Source: an uncultured Gammaproteobacteria bacterium (GTDB lineage: Bacteria > Patescibacteriota > Patescibacteriia > JACPHY01). From it: a stretch of DNA of 64,000 bases. The stretch lies in assembly GCA_964585225.1 (NCBI GenBank), contig CAZPCZ010000001.1, positions 6,018 to 70,017 on the forward strand, read 5' to 3'. This document shows, in pieces, positions 8,870 through 18,915 of this stretch. The notes under the pieces were generated by a model, which was not told where the DNA came from, did no database searches, and was given only the letters and a program-made list of their open reading frames with translations. Positions within the stretch are counted from its first letter, which is position 1; each line of letters begins with the position of its first letter. The translations under genes and the position numbers were made by a program.

Positions 8870-8923
8870 CCCCGCACGTGACACTCCCCCTCGTTCTGAG
8901 GGGGAGCAGGAGGGGGTGCGGGG
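8870..8923. repeat. CTCCCCCT..GAGGGGGAG palindromic repeat, copy 3 (intergenic)
   Basis: CCCCGCAC...CTCCCCCTC-loop-GAGGGGGAG-CAGGAGGGGGTGCGGGG. Confidence 0.8.
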
Positions 8924-8942
8924 TCTGTGCCGAAACCGGAGA

Positions 8943-9347
8943 TCACTTGCTGCGGAATTCGCGGTGATGTTTCAAAGTTTTCACGATCTGTGTGCGGAGC
9001 TTCGACGCGAACGGAAACGTGCGTGCGCGCTTTGGCGCGTGGTGGAACACGTCGAACCCCTGCTCGTTGTGCCGCGGGACGAGGTGCCAGTGGACGTGCT
9101 TCGCTTCGTCCATGTAGATGAGGTACACCTTCTCAATGCCGAGGGTTTTCAAAAGCGCATCGCGGACGAGATCCACGACGTCCATGAGGTATTCGACCTG
9201 CGCACACGAGAGGAGATGGAGGTCGCGCACCGGCCGCTTCCACACGACGACCGTGTGTCCCTTCGTGATCGGCCGCATCGCGAGGCACGCATACACACGC
9301 GCGTCTTCGTAGACGATGGAAGGTTTTGGGGGGTTGGGGAGCGACAT
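8943..9347 (-). CDS. HIT family nucleotide hydrolase
   Basis: IVYED, PITKGHTVV, intact HVHWHLVPR histidine triad. Confidence 0.92.
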   Translation of the reverse strand: MSLPNPPKPSIVYEDARVYACLAMRPITKGHTVVVWKRPVRDLHLLSCAQVEYLMDVVDLVRDALLKTLGIEKVYLIYMDEAKHVHWHLVPRHNEQGFDVFHHAPKRARTFPFASKLRTQIVKTLKHHREFRSK

Positions 9348-9369
9348 ACCACGCGTATAGCATCATCTC

Positions 9370-9399
9370 TTGCGCGGCGCACGTACTCCCTTCTATGAT
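9370..9399 (+). promoter_or_regulatory. putative promoter of the + strand oxidoreductase
   Basis: TTGCGC-N18-TATGAT in the divergent intergenic region. Confidence 0.4.
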
Positions 9400-9458
9400 G
9401 AGGGGCGTCGAAGCCGCGCGCAATCCCGCGCACGGCAACGCTCGACACGAGGTGCCCT

Positions 9459-10589
9459 TTGCACGAACACTACGACATCGCGATCATTGGCGCTGGCATC
9501 GTCGGCTGCGCGACCGCGCGGCATCTCACGCACGTGTTCCCTGGCCGCTCGGTCGTCGTCATCGAACGGCGCGGTCGGCCGGGACTTGAGACGAGCGCTG
9601 CCTCGAGTGGGGTCATCCATTCCGGGCTTCACCTCCCGCCGGATTCCTGGAAGGCGCGGCTCGCGGTACGCGGCCGAACGCTCGTTCTCGACGCGTGCGC
9701 GGAGTACGGCGTCCCGATGCGTGCCTGCGGCATGCACGTCGTCGTCGCGCCGGGGGATGCGCCGCGCCTCTGGACCGAGGTCCGGAGCTTCCGCGAGCTC
9801 CTCCGCCGTGCGCGAACGCAGGGTGTCACGTGTTCCACCGTCCTATGGTGGAAGGTTCGTAAACACGAACCCGCGGTCCGCTGCCTCTTCGGGATCCATA
9901 TCCCGAACGTCACGGTCATTGATGTGCCGGTGCTCGTTCGCCGGCTCGCCGGAGATGCAGCGAACCACGGTGCAGCGTTTCGGTACCGCACGACAGTGAC
10001 CGGTGTCGCGGTGCGCGGCAACGCGTACGAGATCGCGACCGACAACAGCGTCGTCCATGCGCGCGCCGTCGTGAACGCCGCCGGGCTCGGCGCGACGCGT
10101 ATCGCTGCGCTCGCCGGGTTCCCGGGTCACCGCGTCGCACTCTATCGCGGCGAGTACTACGAGGTCACCGATCCCGCACTCCGCGATGCGGTGCACGGTC
10201 TCGTCTATCCCGTCTACCGCCCCGGGAGCCCGGGACTCGGCATCCACCTCACGAAGACCGTGGACGGACGACTCCTCATCGGCCCGAACGCGCGGCGGAT
10301 CGAGCGACCGGAGGATCTCGAGATCGACCGCACGCCGCCGGAGGCATTCTACGACGCGGTGCGAACATTCCTCCCGCCGCTCCGCCTCGACCACCTCCGC
10401 TACAGCCACGCCGGCATCCGCACGAAGCGGGACGACGGCACACCAGAGCCGGACTTCCACATCGAACTCGATCGTGCGGTTCCTGCCTTTGTGAACTGCA
10501 TCGGCATCGAGTCCCCAGGAATCACCGCCTCGCTCGCGATCGCCGAGCGCATCGCGGAGCTCCTCACGCCGGTGCTCCACAGCACCTAA
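9459..10589 (+). CDS. FAD-dependent oxidoreductase, L-2-hydroxyglutarate oxidase (LhgO)/DAO family
   Basis: IIGAGIVG FAD motif, ETS..SSGVIHSG, RGEYY, GLGIHLT, GIESPGITAS; GAGG RBS before a TTG start; the only credible + strand gene. Confidence 0.9.
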   Translation: MHEHYDIAIIGAGIVGCATARHLTHVFPGRSVVVIERRGRPGLETSAASSGVIHSGLHLPPDSWKARLAVRGRTLVLDACAEYGVPMRACGMHVVVAPGDAPRLWTEVRSFRELLRRARTQGVTCSTVLWWKVRKHEPAVRCLFGIHIPNVTVIDVPVLVRRLAGDAANHGAAFRYRTTVTGVAVRGNAYEIATDNSVVHARAVVNAAGLGATRIAALAGFPGHRVALYRGEYYEVTDPALRDAVHGLVYPVYRPGSPGLGIHLTKTVDGRLLIGPNARRIERPEDLEIDRTPPEAFYDAVRTFLPPLRLDHLRYSHAGIRTKRDDGTPEPDFHIELDRAVPAFVNCIGIESPGITASLAIAERIAELLTPVLHST

Positions 10590-10617
10590 ACGCACCACGG
10601 CATGACCGTGGTGCGTT
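10589..10617. terminator. hairpin between convergent genes (probable bidirectional terminator)
   Basis: Perfect 12-bp stem AACGCACCACGG/CCGTGGTGCGTT. Confidence 0.65.
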
Positions 10618-10651
10618 CTCCGTTCATATGGTATTCCGTGCGGCGGAATCA

Positions 10652-11905
10652 TCACGCAGGAACGACGAGCGTCGGCGCCCTAACGAGCAAGCGTTCGAGG
10701 TGATCAATACACAATCGTTTCCCGTAGTGTGCTGCCGCGTACGCACGGCCCGCAGCACCGAGCACTGGGAGCCGCGCGCGTTCTGCGTAGAGCTTCCGTA
10801 CGAGCTGTTCTGCGGTATCGAGATCATCGGACCGGCACGCATACCCGCATCGTGTATCCCGCATGATGCTGAACCCGTCATTCCCGTCGTTTAAGAGCGC
10901 GAGCACCGGAATGCCAGCCGCAAGGAATCCGGTGCACTTCCCCGGCACCATAGAAGTCGTGTACGTCGCCTTGAGACAGAGGAGGCCTACATCGAATTCC
11001 TTCACGAGCGCGGGATACTCGGAGGGATCCACAAAATCCTCAAACTGGACGTTCGCGATGCGCTCATCGCGCGCGCGTTGCTGCATGCGCGCTTTCTCCG
11101 TGCCATCACCCACCAAGAGGAACCGAACGTCGCGGAAATCGGCGACGCGCTTTGCGAGATCGAGCACCACGTCGAGTGACTGTGCCGGTCCGAGAATGCC
11201 AGGGAACCCGATGACGAACTTCCCATCGAGACCATGGCGACGTCGGAAACGACCTTCCGGACGTACCGCATCCCATGCATCGAGGTCAATCCAGTTCGAG
11301 ACAACGGTGACTTTCTCGGTGGCCACACCCTTCCGCTCGATGAGGAATCGCCGACTCCCCTCCGTGTGCGTCGTGATCGCATCGGCGCTCGCGTACGCGT
11401 GACGTTCCATGCGCTCGAAGTATGCGATGATCGCACGGTTCCGCATGATGCCGAGATCAATCGCGTTCTGCGGGAAGATGTCCTGGACGTTCAGGAGGTG
11501 GCGGCAGCCATGCTCGCGTGCGATCGCTTGCCCAACTAGTGCGAGCGGCAGCGGAGAGACGTACGAAACGACTGCAGCGACGCGCTCACGGACGTGCTCG
11601 CGGTACGCACGGAGGTACCGTCGTGGGAGGTCGAGGTGCGCGATGCCGCGGAGGAGATACGCAATCCCATGCGCCGGAAGCGTACGAATGCGGATGACGC
11701 GCACGCCGTTCTCCACCATCACCGGCTCGAAGTGCCGCGCACGCGCATCTGCGGAGAGATGATACCGCGGCCACGGCGCGAGCACTGTGACTCGGTGCCC
11801 GCGCGCAACGAGCTCCTCCGCGAGCTCGCGGAGCATGATCGATATCGAACGGACCTCGGGAGGGTAGCAGATGGCGACGAGCACTATGTGCATACCTACG
11901 GCCAT
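10652..11905 (-). CDS. GT4 glycosyltransferase, WbuB-like
   Basis: YPPE, SPLPL, LNVQDIFPQNAIDLG, NWID, GILGPAQSLD, VGDG, PGK...LAAGIPV. Confidence 0.9.
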   Translation of the reverse strand: MAVGMHIVLVAICYPPEVRSISIMLRELAEELVARGHRVTVLAPWPRYHLSADARARHFEPVMVENGVRVIRIRTLPAHGIAYLLRGIAHLDLPRRYLRAYREHVRERVAAVVSYVSPLPLALVGQAIAREHGCRHLLNVQDIFPQNAIDLGIMRNRAIIAYFERMERHAYASADAITTHTEGSRRFLIERKGVATEKVTVVSNWIDLDAWDAVRPEGRFRRRHGLDGKFVIGFPGILGPAQSLDVVLDLAKRVADFRDVRFLLVGDGTEKARMQQRARDERIANVQFEDFVDPSEYPALVKEFDVGLLCLKATYTTSMVPGKCTGFLAAGIPVLALLNDGNDGFSIMRDTRCGYACRSDDLDTAEQLVRKLYAERARLPVLGAAGRAYAAAHYGKRLCIDHLERLLVRAPTLVVPA

Positions 11906-11934
11906 TGTTCCATTGCTTCATTGCTTCATTGCTA
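11903..11934 (-). repeat. 8-bp tandem repeat (nAGCAATG-like x4) across a gene junction
   Basis: Minus strand reads TAGCAATG AAGCAATG AAGCAATG GAACAATG. Confidence 0.8.
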
Positions 11935-13048
11935 CCGACTCGCGGACTCGCTCGAATACCTCGAGGAGGCCGCGGGCGGTGCGATCCCAGGTGAATTCCT
12001 GAACGCGCTTGGTGCCGGTGGCGACGAGACGTTCTCGGAGTGGGGCATCGTTGAGAAGTTGTAGGATTGCGCGCGCGATGTCTTCCGGATCTCGTGGTGC
12101 GAAGTATACTGCGGCGTCGCCACAGAGCTCGGGCATCGGCGGGGTGTTCGATGCCACAATGGGAACCCCGCACGCCATCGCTTCGAGGAGTGTGTGCGGG
12201 CAGGATTCGAGCATGGAGGGGAACACGAACGCGGTCGCACTCCGCATGAGCGCGTGAAGCTCGTCCTGCCGGACGAGGCCGAGGAAACGGATGCGATCAC
12301 TCACGCCCAAGGCGGCGATGCGCGCACGGACGCGATCGACATACCGCTGATCGTGCACGCCGCCCGCAAACCACAGTGGTGGCGTGTCCGGCTGTTTCGC
12401 GACGAGCCGTGCGAACCCCTCCACAAGCGCGAGCTGATTCGCGTACGCGACGAACTTGCTCGCCGTCAGAAAGTACGGATGCGCTGACACCTGACACCTG
12501 ACACCTGACACCTGACCAATCGGATTACCATTGTAGACCACTGAACTCTTTCCAGCAGCGTCCGGAAATCGCTCGACAACCTCATCGCGGACCGCGTGGG
12601 ACACCGCGACGACCGCGTCGGCGCGCGTGATGGATCGTTTCGTGAGCTCCCACTTCATCCGAGATTGTACGTCGAGCATCCACGCGTTCCCAAACTCACG
12701 ATAGCGGAACGGCTCCATGTTCCGGATCGCGATCACCTGCGGACACGGCGCCCGGAATACCGCGATGTTCTTCGCGGTGTAGAGGAGATCCATGCGATGC
12801 CGACGGAGCTCCGTGGGAAGTACGAGCTGCTCGTAGCGGAACCGTTCGAGCGCGCTCGTCTGCGGTCGCACCACTTCATGGAATACGATGTTCGGTCGTT
12901 GAAGGCCGGCTATGAGCGGATGTTGTTCCGGAACGAAGCAGTGGTACTCGTTCGGTGTGTCGACATCCGCAAGTGCCGGAAGAAGATTCCGGAAGTACGT
13001 CGCACCACCATACCCGAGACCAGAGAGGAGCGTCAGGGCAATTCTCAT
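11918..13048 (-). CDS. GT4 glycosyltransferase (MtfB-like)
   Basis: AVSHAVR, VVYNG, FVFPSMLESCPHTLLEAMACGVP..PELCGDAA; ATGA overlap at the start. Confidence 0.92.
   Translation of the reverse strand: MRIALTLLSGLGYGGATYFRNLLPALADVDTPNEYHCFVPEQHPLIAGLQRPNIVFHEVVRPQTSALERFRYEQLVLPTELRRHRMDLLYTAKNIAVFRAPCPQVIAIRNMEPFRYREFGNAWMLDVQSRMKWELTKRSITRADAVVAVSHAVRDEVVERFPDAAGKSSVVYNGNPIGQVSGVRCQVSAHPYFLTASKFVAYANQLALVEGFARLVAKQPDTPPLWFAGGVHDQRYVDRVRARIAALGVSDRIRFLGLVRQDELHALMRSATAFVFPSMLESCPHTLLEAMACGVPIVASNTPPMPELCGDAAVYFAPRDPEDIARAILQLLNDAPLRERLVATGTKRVQEFTWDRTARGLLEVFERVRESVAMKQ
12484..12516. repeat. perfect heptamer tract (CTGACAC)x4 + CTGAC inside the GT4 CDS
   Basis: Read directly; translates within GQVSGVRCQVSA in the interdomain linker. 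Confidence 0.95.
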
Positions 13049-14931
13049 ACGAATCCCTGATGCCGCGCCCACGACATGAGGGTATGGAGCGCCCACGGCC
13101 GTGCCCAGGTGACGCCGCCACGGTGATGCCAGAACATATCCCAGAGCTGACGGCATGCACGCACGTTGATCCCGAGTGCATTCTCCGCGGGGAACGATCG
13201 CAGGAGCTCGTCAACTTGTGGACGGAGCTGCCCTCGTAGCCATACCTCCCACGGGAATGTGAAACCCATCTTCGGCCGATTGTATACCGCTCGCGGGAGC
13301 TCCGCCTGCACCGCGCGGAGGAGGAGTGGCTTTGGAGACGCCGCATCCGAGAATGCCGAGGCCGGTGCACGAAATACTGCTTCCACGAGCGCGCGGTCGA
13401 GGTACGGAACCCGCACTTCGAGCCCGTGCGCCATGGACATGACATCCGAATCGCGCAGGAGCGTATTCGCGAGGTACCCACGGAGTTCGAGGAGCGACAC
13501 GGTTCGAGCAGCATCGAGCCCTTTGAGTTCCTCTGCGACGCCAGTCTTTGTCGACCACGCTCCACCCGATCCGGACGTCGATCCCGAGAGCAGGTGCTCG
13601 CGAACATCGGGATGGAAGAGCTGCCTCGTGATCGCGTAGCACACCATCGCGTCTCCTGACGACGTGAGGTACGCAGCGAGCTTCGCGGTGATCGGCGCAG
13701 CCGACGCCCACGTACGCGCTCCCCATGCGATCCCGTGACGAACCGAACGCGGGAGCGCGGCAACCATACGATGCGCCGCCACCATCCGAGGGATCCGACG
13801 AAATGTCGGATACCCACCGAAGACTTCATCCCCCCCTTGTCCGGAGAGGATCACCTTCACGCCCGCTGCACGGACCGCCCGCGAAATGATGAACACATTC
13901 GCTCCGTCGATCGACGGCTGATCCTGTGCCGCGAGCGCCGCGGGGAGTTCGGCCGCGAGATCCGCATCGCGGATGACGAGTTCGTGGTGACGATGACAGT
14001 ATCGTTCACCTACCTGCCGCGCGTACGCGCCCTCTGCGTACGGCGCCTCGGGGAACGTCACCGTGAACGACTCGAGCGACTCCCCCGCCCCCACGTGATG
14101 CGCGAGTACCGCGAGTGCACTTGAATCCACGCCGCCACTCAGGAAGAGGCCGACGGGCACATCGCTCACGAGGTGTCGCGCAACCGCACTCGCAAGTACG
14201 CTCGCAATCTCCGCAGGCGATGACGGGACGCTGCGCTGTGACGGGCTCCAGTATCGCTCCACCGAAACCTCCCCCGTTCGTGCTTCGAATACGAGCGTGT
14301 GCGCAGGGAGGAGCTGCGATACGCCCGCGAGGATCGTCCGTGGTGCCTGTACGGATCCGAATGCGAGGTACGACATCACCGCAGCGTGATCAATCCGCTT
14401 CGGCGCAAGGCCGGATGCCAAGAACGAACGCACCTCGGACGCAAATGCGAATCGCCCCGCGGTATCGTGTAGCCAGTAGAGTGGCTTCACGCCGACACGG
14501 TCCACTGCGAGCAGGAGTCGCTGCGCCGCCGCATCCCACAACGCGAACGCGAACATCCCATCGAGGTGGTTCACGCACGCCCGACCGTACCGCGCGTACG
14601 CTTTCAGAATGACCTCGGTGTCGCTCCCCGTTCGGAATGCCGCGCCTGCGGCCGCGAGCGACTTCCGAAGCTCGCGGTAGTTGTAGATTTCACCATTGAA
14701 CGTGATCCAATTCCCCGTTTCAGGATCACGCATGGGTTGGTGCCCCGACGGAGAGAGATCAATGATCGCAAGACGCCGATGCACGAAGCCGACTACGCGT
14801 TCGCCCATCTGCGCAAGCACCTCGATTCCCTCATCATCCGGCCCCCGGTGCGCGAGCGACGACGCGAGCGATTGCAATCGCTCGCGGGTGACGTCCTCTC
14901 GCGTTCCGATGATTCCGGCGATGCCGCACAT
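13045..14931 (-). CDS. asnB: AsnB-type glutamine amidotransferase (WbpS-like, glycan amidation)
   Basis: MCGIAG Ntn cysteine, HRGPD, RRLAIIDLS, FNGEIYN, LSGGVDSS, SGQGGDE, EVRVPYLD. Confidence 0.93.
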   Translation of the reverse strand: MCGIAGIIGTREDVTRERLQSLASSLAHRGPDDEGIEVLAQMGERVVGFVHRRLAIIDLSPSGHQPMRDPETGNWITFNGEIYNYRELRKSLAAAGAAFRTGSDTEVILKAYARYGRACVNHLDGMFAFALWDAAAQRLLLAVDRVGVKPLYWLHDTAGRFAFASEVRSFLASGLAPKRIDHAAVMSYLAFGSVQAPRTILAGVSQLLPAHTLVFEARTGEVSVERYWSPSQRSVPSSPAEIASVLASAVARHLVSDVPVGLFLSGGVDSSALAVLAHHVGAGESLESFTVTFPEAPYAEGAYARQVGERYCHRHHELVIRDADLAAELPAALAAQDQPSIDGANVFIISRAVRAAGVKVILSGQGGDEVFGGYPTFRRIPRMVAAHRMVAALPRSVRHGIAWGARTWASAAPITAKLAAYLTSSGDAMVCYAITRQLFHPDVREHLLSGSTSGSGGAWSTKTGVAEELKGLDAARTVSLLELRGYLANTLLRDSDVMSMAHGLEVRVPYLDRALVEAVFRAPASAFSDAASPKPLLLRAVQAELPRAVYNRPKMGFTFPWEVWLRGQLRPQVDELLRSFPAENALGINVRACRQLWDMFWHHRGGVTWARPWALHTLMSWARHQGFV

Positions 14932-14947
14932 AGGCGCTACGCGCGTT

Positions 14948-14974
14948 GAAGAACGGAGAGCAGAAGAACGGAGA
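14948..14974. repeat. short direct repeat GAAGAACGGAGA x2 in the leader of asnB
   Basis: Read directly; 15-bp period. Confidence 0.6.
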
Positions 14975-14979
14975 AATTT

Positions 14980-15915
14980 TTAGATTGGTCGTCTTCCTCT
15001 CCCAGTAATGCCGTTCGGACCGCGCTCGACGACCACGCCCGTGAATCCGGCATCCGCGAACCACCCGCGCACGGTCGCGAGCGTCTGCGGGTGGTCGTGT
15101 GCGGGACTCAGCATGTCGAACGTATCGAGTACGGACCACTCCGCATTGAGCTCCGGTGACAGCCCGAGGTGGCTGTACTCCGCAATCGGCAGGAGCCGCG
15201 CGCCCCACCGACCCATCATGCGGCGCGCGTACCGAGCCGCAGGCATGAGGCCCGGCACCACCGCTGCAACCGTACGATAGAGTCGCTCCGGTGGCAACCG
15301 CTTCGTGATCGGCCGGAGGAGGTACTTCCATTGGAGCAGCGCCGCAGGGTCTTTCCGATACACGTCCATCGCGAGTGCGCCGCCAGGCCGTACCTGCGCC
15401 GCGAGCGATCGGAATGCCGCCGCAGGGTCTGGTGTGTGTTGGAGCACGCCGAGGCAGAGCACACGATCGAATTGTCCGGGTACGAACGGAATTGCATCAA
15501 TGCTCGCCTGAAAAATGTGGATGTTTGGGAGGTGGCCATTGTTTGCGAAGTTCGCTTCCACCGCATTGCTCAAATCGAACGACCACACGTCAGCTCCCGT
15601 AGACGCGAGTACCTCTGTGAACCGTCCTGCGCCGCAGCCGGCCTCGAGGATCCGTTCGCCCTCCATACGCTCCGGCCAGCCCGTCACTGCGAAGAACCGC
15701 TCGCGGGAAACTGAGAGTCCCGAGTGCGAATCGAGCTGTGTACGCACGTACCGATTCCACTGCACACCGAACGATGCGGCGTAGTGCTCGTGACCAACGA
15801 ACCGCGGAACACCGCGCAAGCTGAAGAAATCACTTGCGCAATGGGTGCACGTGAGCGCTCCAGCTTGTGTGATGAGCACCACGCGACACCGAGGACACGA
15901 GTAGGAAAGCATCAT
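14980..15915 (-). CDS. class I SAM-dependent methyltransferase with N-terminal zinc ribbon
   Basis: CPRC...CTHC, SFGVQW, LEAGCGAGRF, GVLQHTPDP. Confidence 0.9.
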   Translation of the reverse strand: MMLSYSCPRCRVVLITQAGALTCTHCASDFFSLRGVPRFVGHEHYAASFGVQWNRYVRTQLDSHSGLSVSRERFFAVTGWPERMEGERILEAGCGAGRFTEVLASTGADVWSFDLSNAVEANFANNGHLPNIHIFQASIDAIPFVPGQFDRVLCLGVLQHTPDPAAAFRSLAAQVRPGGALAMDVYRKDPAALLQWKYLLRPITKRLPPERLYRTVAAVVPGLMPAARYARRMMGRWGARLLPIAEYSHLGLSPELNAEWSVLDTFDMLSPAHDHPQTLATVRGWFADAGFTGVVVERGPNGITGRGRRPI

Positions 15916-17255
15916 GCGCGATCAAGCGCTCCGGTGCCTTGCACATTCGACGCACGAGCACCCCGACGTCGAATGAACCATCCGGAAACCAGTACGATGA
16001 CCAGCGGCACCAAGATGGAGAACTCCAGTATGGCCTTAATGAGCGTCTGCTGCACATCTCTGAAAAACAGAAGTGCGAGCCAGCCGGAAGTTAGTGAGTA
16101 CATTGCTCCGTACGGAACGAGCGGCTCCTGTTTCATGCGTCGGAGCAACCAGGACACACAGAAGAGGAACACCATAGAACCGATCATCCCGAAATCCACC
16201 ATGAGAGAAACAAACGCATGCATGCCGCCGTTCGGCGAATTGATATGATAGCCGAGGAGTGGCGGAGCGATGACATAGTCAAGCTTGTTCGAAAACACGA
16301 ACGACGGGATGAGGCCGATCGTCCCGGTCAGGAGCGTCAACGGAAATCGAATGTATGGGATCGCGTACGCATGGAGGAATTCGAGGAGGGAGTGGCTCAC
16401 GTTAAAGTTTTCAGAGAAGAGATGGAACACGAGATACTTCATGGTGTACTGCGTGGGATTGAGGATTTGAGCGAAGAGATTGACCCGATAGAGCTCGATG
16501 GCATGCGAGGCCACGATGAGCATGAACAAGGCGAGCGCGATGTGCCACGCCCGAAGACGACGCACGTACACTGAAAAGAATGTGAGCAACGCGAGTGCCG
16601 ACGAAAAAATGATCACCCTCCCACCGGAGGCAATGAGGACCATCACGATGATGAGGTATGCAATGGAGAACCGGTGGGCGATCGCACGCCAGAACGATCC
16701 CAATCTTTTCCGTCGCTGCCATGCGTCGGCAGTTGCGAGCATGGCAAGCGTGAAGATGAACATTGCTGCAGCGGTGAATGAACCGAGCACGCGTATCCGC
16801 GTCAATGGTCCATACTCAAAGATCGTCGGGAGCATCGAGTACCCGAACGCCACGGCAGCCACCACACCAACCACAAGGAACGCGTTCAGTACACGTCCAT
16901 CACACCATTGTCGCTTCCATTGCCGTGGATTCCGCCGTGAACCAACGAACGCGTCTCCCGCCACGAATGCACCGTACAGAAGCAAGCAGGACATGAAATA
17001 CGCCACCCATGTACGATCGGAAATCGAGGCGTAGAGCGTCTTCCACGCCACATAGGGGCTGCCGTACCCGGAGAAGTACTCATTCGTCCCAAGAGAAATC
17101 GGTATGAGGAAATAGAAGACGAATCCGCACGAGAACAAGAGGACGTGATCAATTTCAAGTCCGCGCCGCTTCCACCACCGGTACGCAATGACGAATACGA
17201 CGCATGCGTAACACAGACCCTCCAGTACGTCTCTCGCAAATACCATATTCACCAT
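15912..17255 (-). CDS. wzy: O-antigen polymerase (Wzy-like)
   Basis: About 11 TM segments, SGGR motif, large late loop ending in DFG; visibly more AT-rich than neighbours; glycan-cluster context. Confidence 0.7.
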   Translation of the reverse strand: MVNMVFARDVLEGLCYACVVFVIAYRWWKRRGLEIDHVLLFSCGFVFYFLIPISLGTNEYFSGYGSPYVAWKTLYASISDRTWVAYFMSCLLLYGAFVAGDAFVGSRRNPRQWKRQWCDGRVLNAFLVVGVVAAVAFGYSMLPTIFEYGPLTRIRVLGSFTAAAMFIFTLAMLATADAWQRRKRLGSFWRAIAHRFSIAYLIIVMVLIASGGRVIIFSSALALLTFFSVYVRRLRAWHIALALFMLIVASHAIELYRVNLFAQILNPTQYTMKYLVFHLFSENFNVSHSLLEFLHAYAIPYIRFPLTLLTGTIGLIPSFVFSNKLDYVIAPPLLGYHINSPNGGMHAFVSLMVDFGMIGSMVFLFCVSWLLRRMKQEPLVPYGAMYSLTSGWLALLFFRDVQQTLIKAILEFSILVPLVIVLVSGWFIRRRGARASNVQGTGALDRA

Positions 17256-17261
17256 ACGCGC

Positions 17262-18899
17262 TCACTCACTGGAACCAAGATCTCGAGTGTATAGTTCATA
17301 ACCGTTCGACGCGCGTAGGAGCTCAAGGTCCTGCTGCTCCTCACGTACAATCTCCTGATCTGCCTCTACCGTGTACGCAGGGCTCTCCGGGCGCAGACCA
17401 TTGTTCATGCGGTCGAGGAGGACGTAGTTCGCGCGGTAGCGATGGTTCCTACTCTCGAGTTGTGGGAACGGCAGGACACCGCGCACGCGGAACAGACGCG
17501 GCATGAGGAACTGCTGGGTGGATACGATCGCATCGCGCGGGATTATGGCGATGAGATCATCGGCTGCGCGAACACGACCCGTCACGCGATACGCGGACCA
17601 GTGGAACGACTGCGTCCGGAACGGCGCCGGACGGAACCGATCGCTCCAGAACTGAAGCGCGAGCGGCGAGGGACCGAAGAATAACCCCGCGACGAGTACG
17701 CCGGCGCACGCGGCGACCGATGCGGCCCTCGCATTCCTCGCGTGGTCCGCGCGCGCGTGTGCCGCGAGCCATGCCGTCACACACGGCCACGAGCAGACGA
17801 ATGCCCAGAAGAGGAATGGAATCGCAGGCGCGACGTAGTAGAGGAGGTACGAGGTGTGCGTGTACGATGTCGAACTGCTCACGAGGCCAATGGCGAACGT
17901 CGCGAGCGCGGGGGTGAGCGCCGCGGGCGCAAGGAGCGGGAGGAAGAGGATCGGGAGGAAGAGCATCGCGAGGTTCGCGAATTTCACGGTGTCGGCTGCG
18001 AACGCGAGGGCACGAAGGGGATGCTGGAGGATACCGAAAATAACCTCGATGGGAGTTGCACCAAATGTACTGAAGAACCCCTGCGCGATGTGCGCTTCCG
18101 CGCCAGGACCTCGGAGTGCGGGCATCACCACCTGGGTAATCACAGCGAACGTGGCGAATCCGAGCAGCGTAGTCACTGCGCCGTGTGCACGTCGCCGCTG
18201 GAGGAGGAATAGGTACACCCCGAACATCCCGACGGTGAGCCCGACCTCTTCGCGCACGATCGTCGCGAGGATGACGAGCACGTAGTACCACCCGATCCAC
18301 TGGCGCTCCCACGCGTAGAGCATCCACAGGAGAACAGGGATCGAGAAACGAAGCATCTCGAATTCGTAGATCGTCGTGTACTGAAACGTCGGATACCAGA
18401 GGAGGAGTGCGGCCATGACCAGTGCGAAGTGGTGAGCTACCCCGCTCACGTTTTGCCTTGCACAATGTAGGCGGGCGAGGAGGAACAGCGGGATCACTGC
18501 AGACGACATCACGAGGACGTTAAGGACGAGGAGTGTCTGCGGGTACGGGAGGAGCTTGAACGGCAGCGCGAAGAGGTAGATGAGCGGAACGAAGTGGACG
18601 GAGAGGTAGTTCAATGTCCCTGGCGTGAGGAGTTCGTGTGAGAACGCGTACGGCTTGCCCGTCGTCGCGATCGAATGGAGGAGCTGGAGCCAATGCGAGA
18701 CGTCCGCGTACATGTGGAGTGACGCGTACTTCAGGAGCTGCGCGGTGAGCAGAAATATCGGCACGAACGCGATCATCACGATGAGCAGCCGTCGCGGGAC
18801 GTTCCACCCACAGCGCAGCGCGATCGTATATGCGAACATCGCAGCGACGAACGTCGCTGCGATGCCGACGGCGTAGTAGATCACGAAATCTGCATTCAT
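17262..18899 (-). CDS. DUF2079 family GT-C-like membrane protein
   Basis: D..HWLQ, HFVPLIYLFALP, TLLVLNV, YEFE..FSIP, VREEVG; polytopic. Confidence 0.75.
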   Translation of the reverse strand: MNADFVIYYAVGIAATFVAAMFAYTIALRCGWNVPRRLLIVMIAFVPIFLLTAQLLKYASLHMYADVSHWLQLLHSIATTGKPYAFSHELLTPGTLNYLSVHFVPLIYLFALPFKLLPYPQTLLVLNVLVMSSAVIPLFLLARLHCARQNVSGVAHHFALVMAALLLWYPTFQYTTIYEFEMLRFSIPVLLWMLYAWERQWIGWYYVLVILATIVREEVGLTVGMFGVYLFLLQRRRAHGAVTTLLGFATFAVITQVVMPALRGPGAEAHIAQGFFSTFGATPIEVIFGILQHPLRALAFAADTVKFANLAMLFLPILFLPLLAPAALTPALATFAIGLVSSSTSYTHTSYLLYYVAPAIPFLFWAFVCSWPCVTAWLAAHARADHARNARAASVAACAGVLVAGLFFGPSPLALQFWSDRFRPAPFRTQSFHWSAYRVTGRVRAADDLIAIIPRDAIVSTQQFLMPRLFRVRGVLPFPQLESRNHRYRANYVLLDRMNNGLRPESPAYTVEADQEIVREEQQDLELLRASNGYELYTRDLGSSE

Positions 18900-18915
18900 G
18901 ATGCACGTGCACCAT

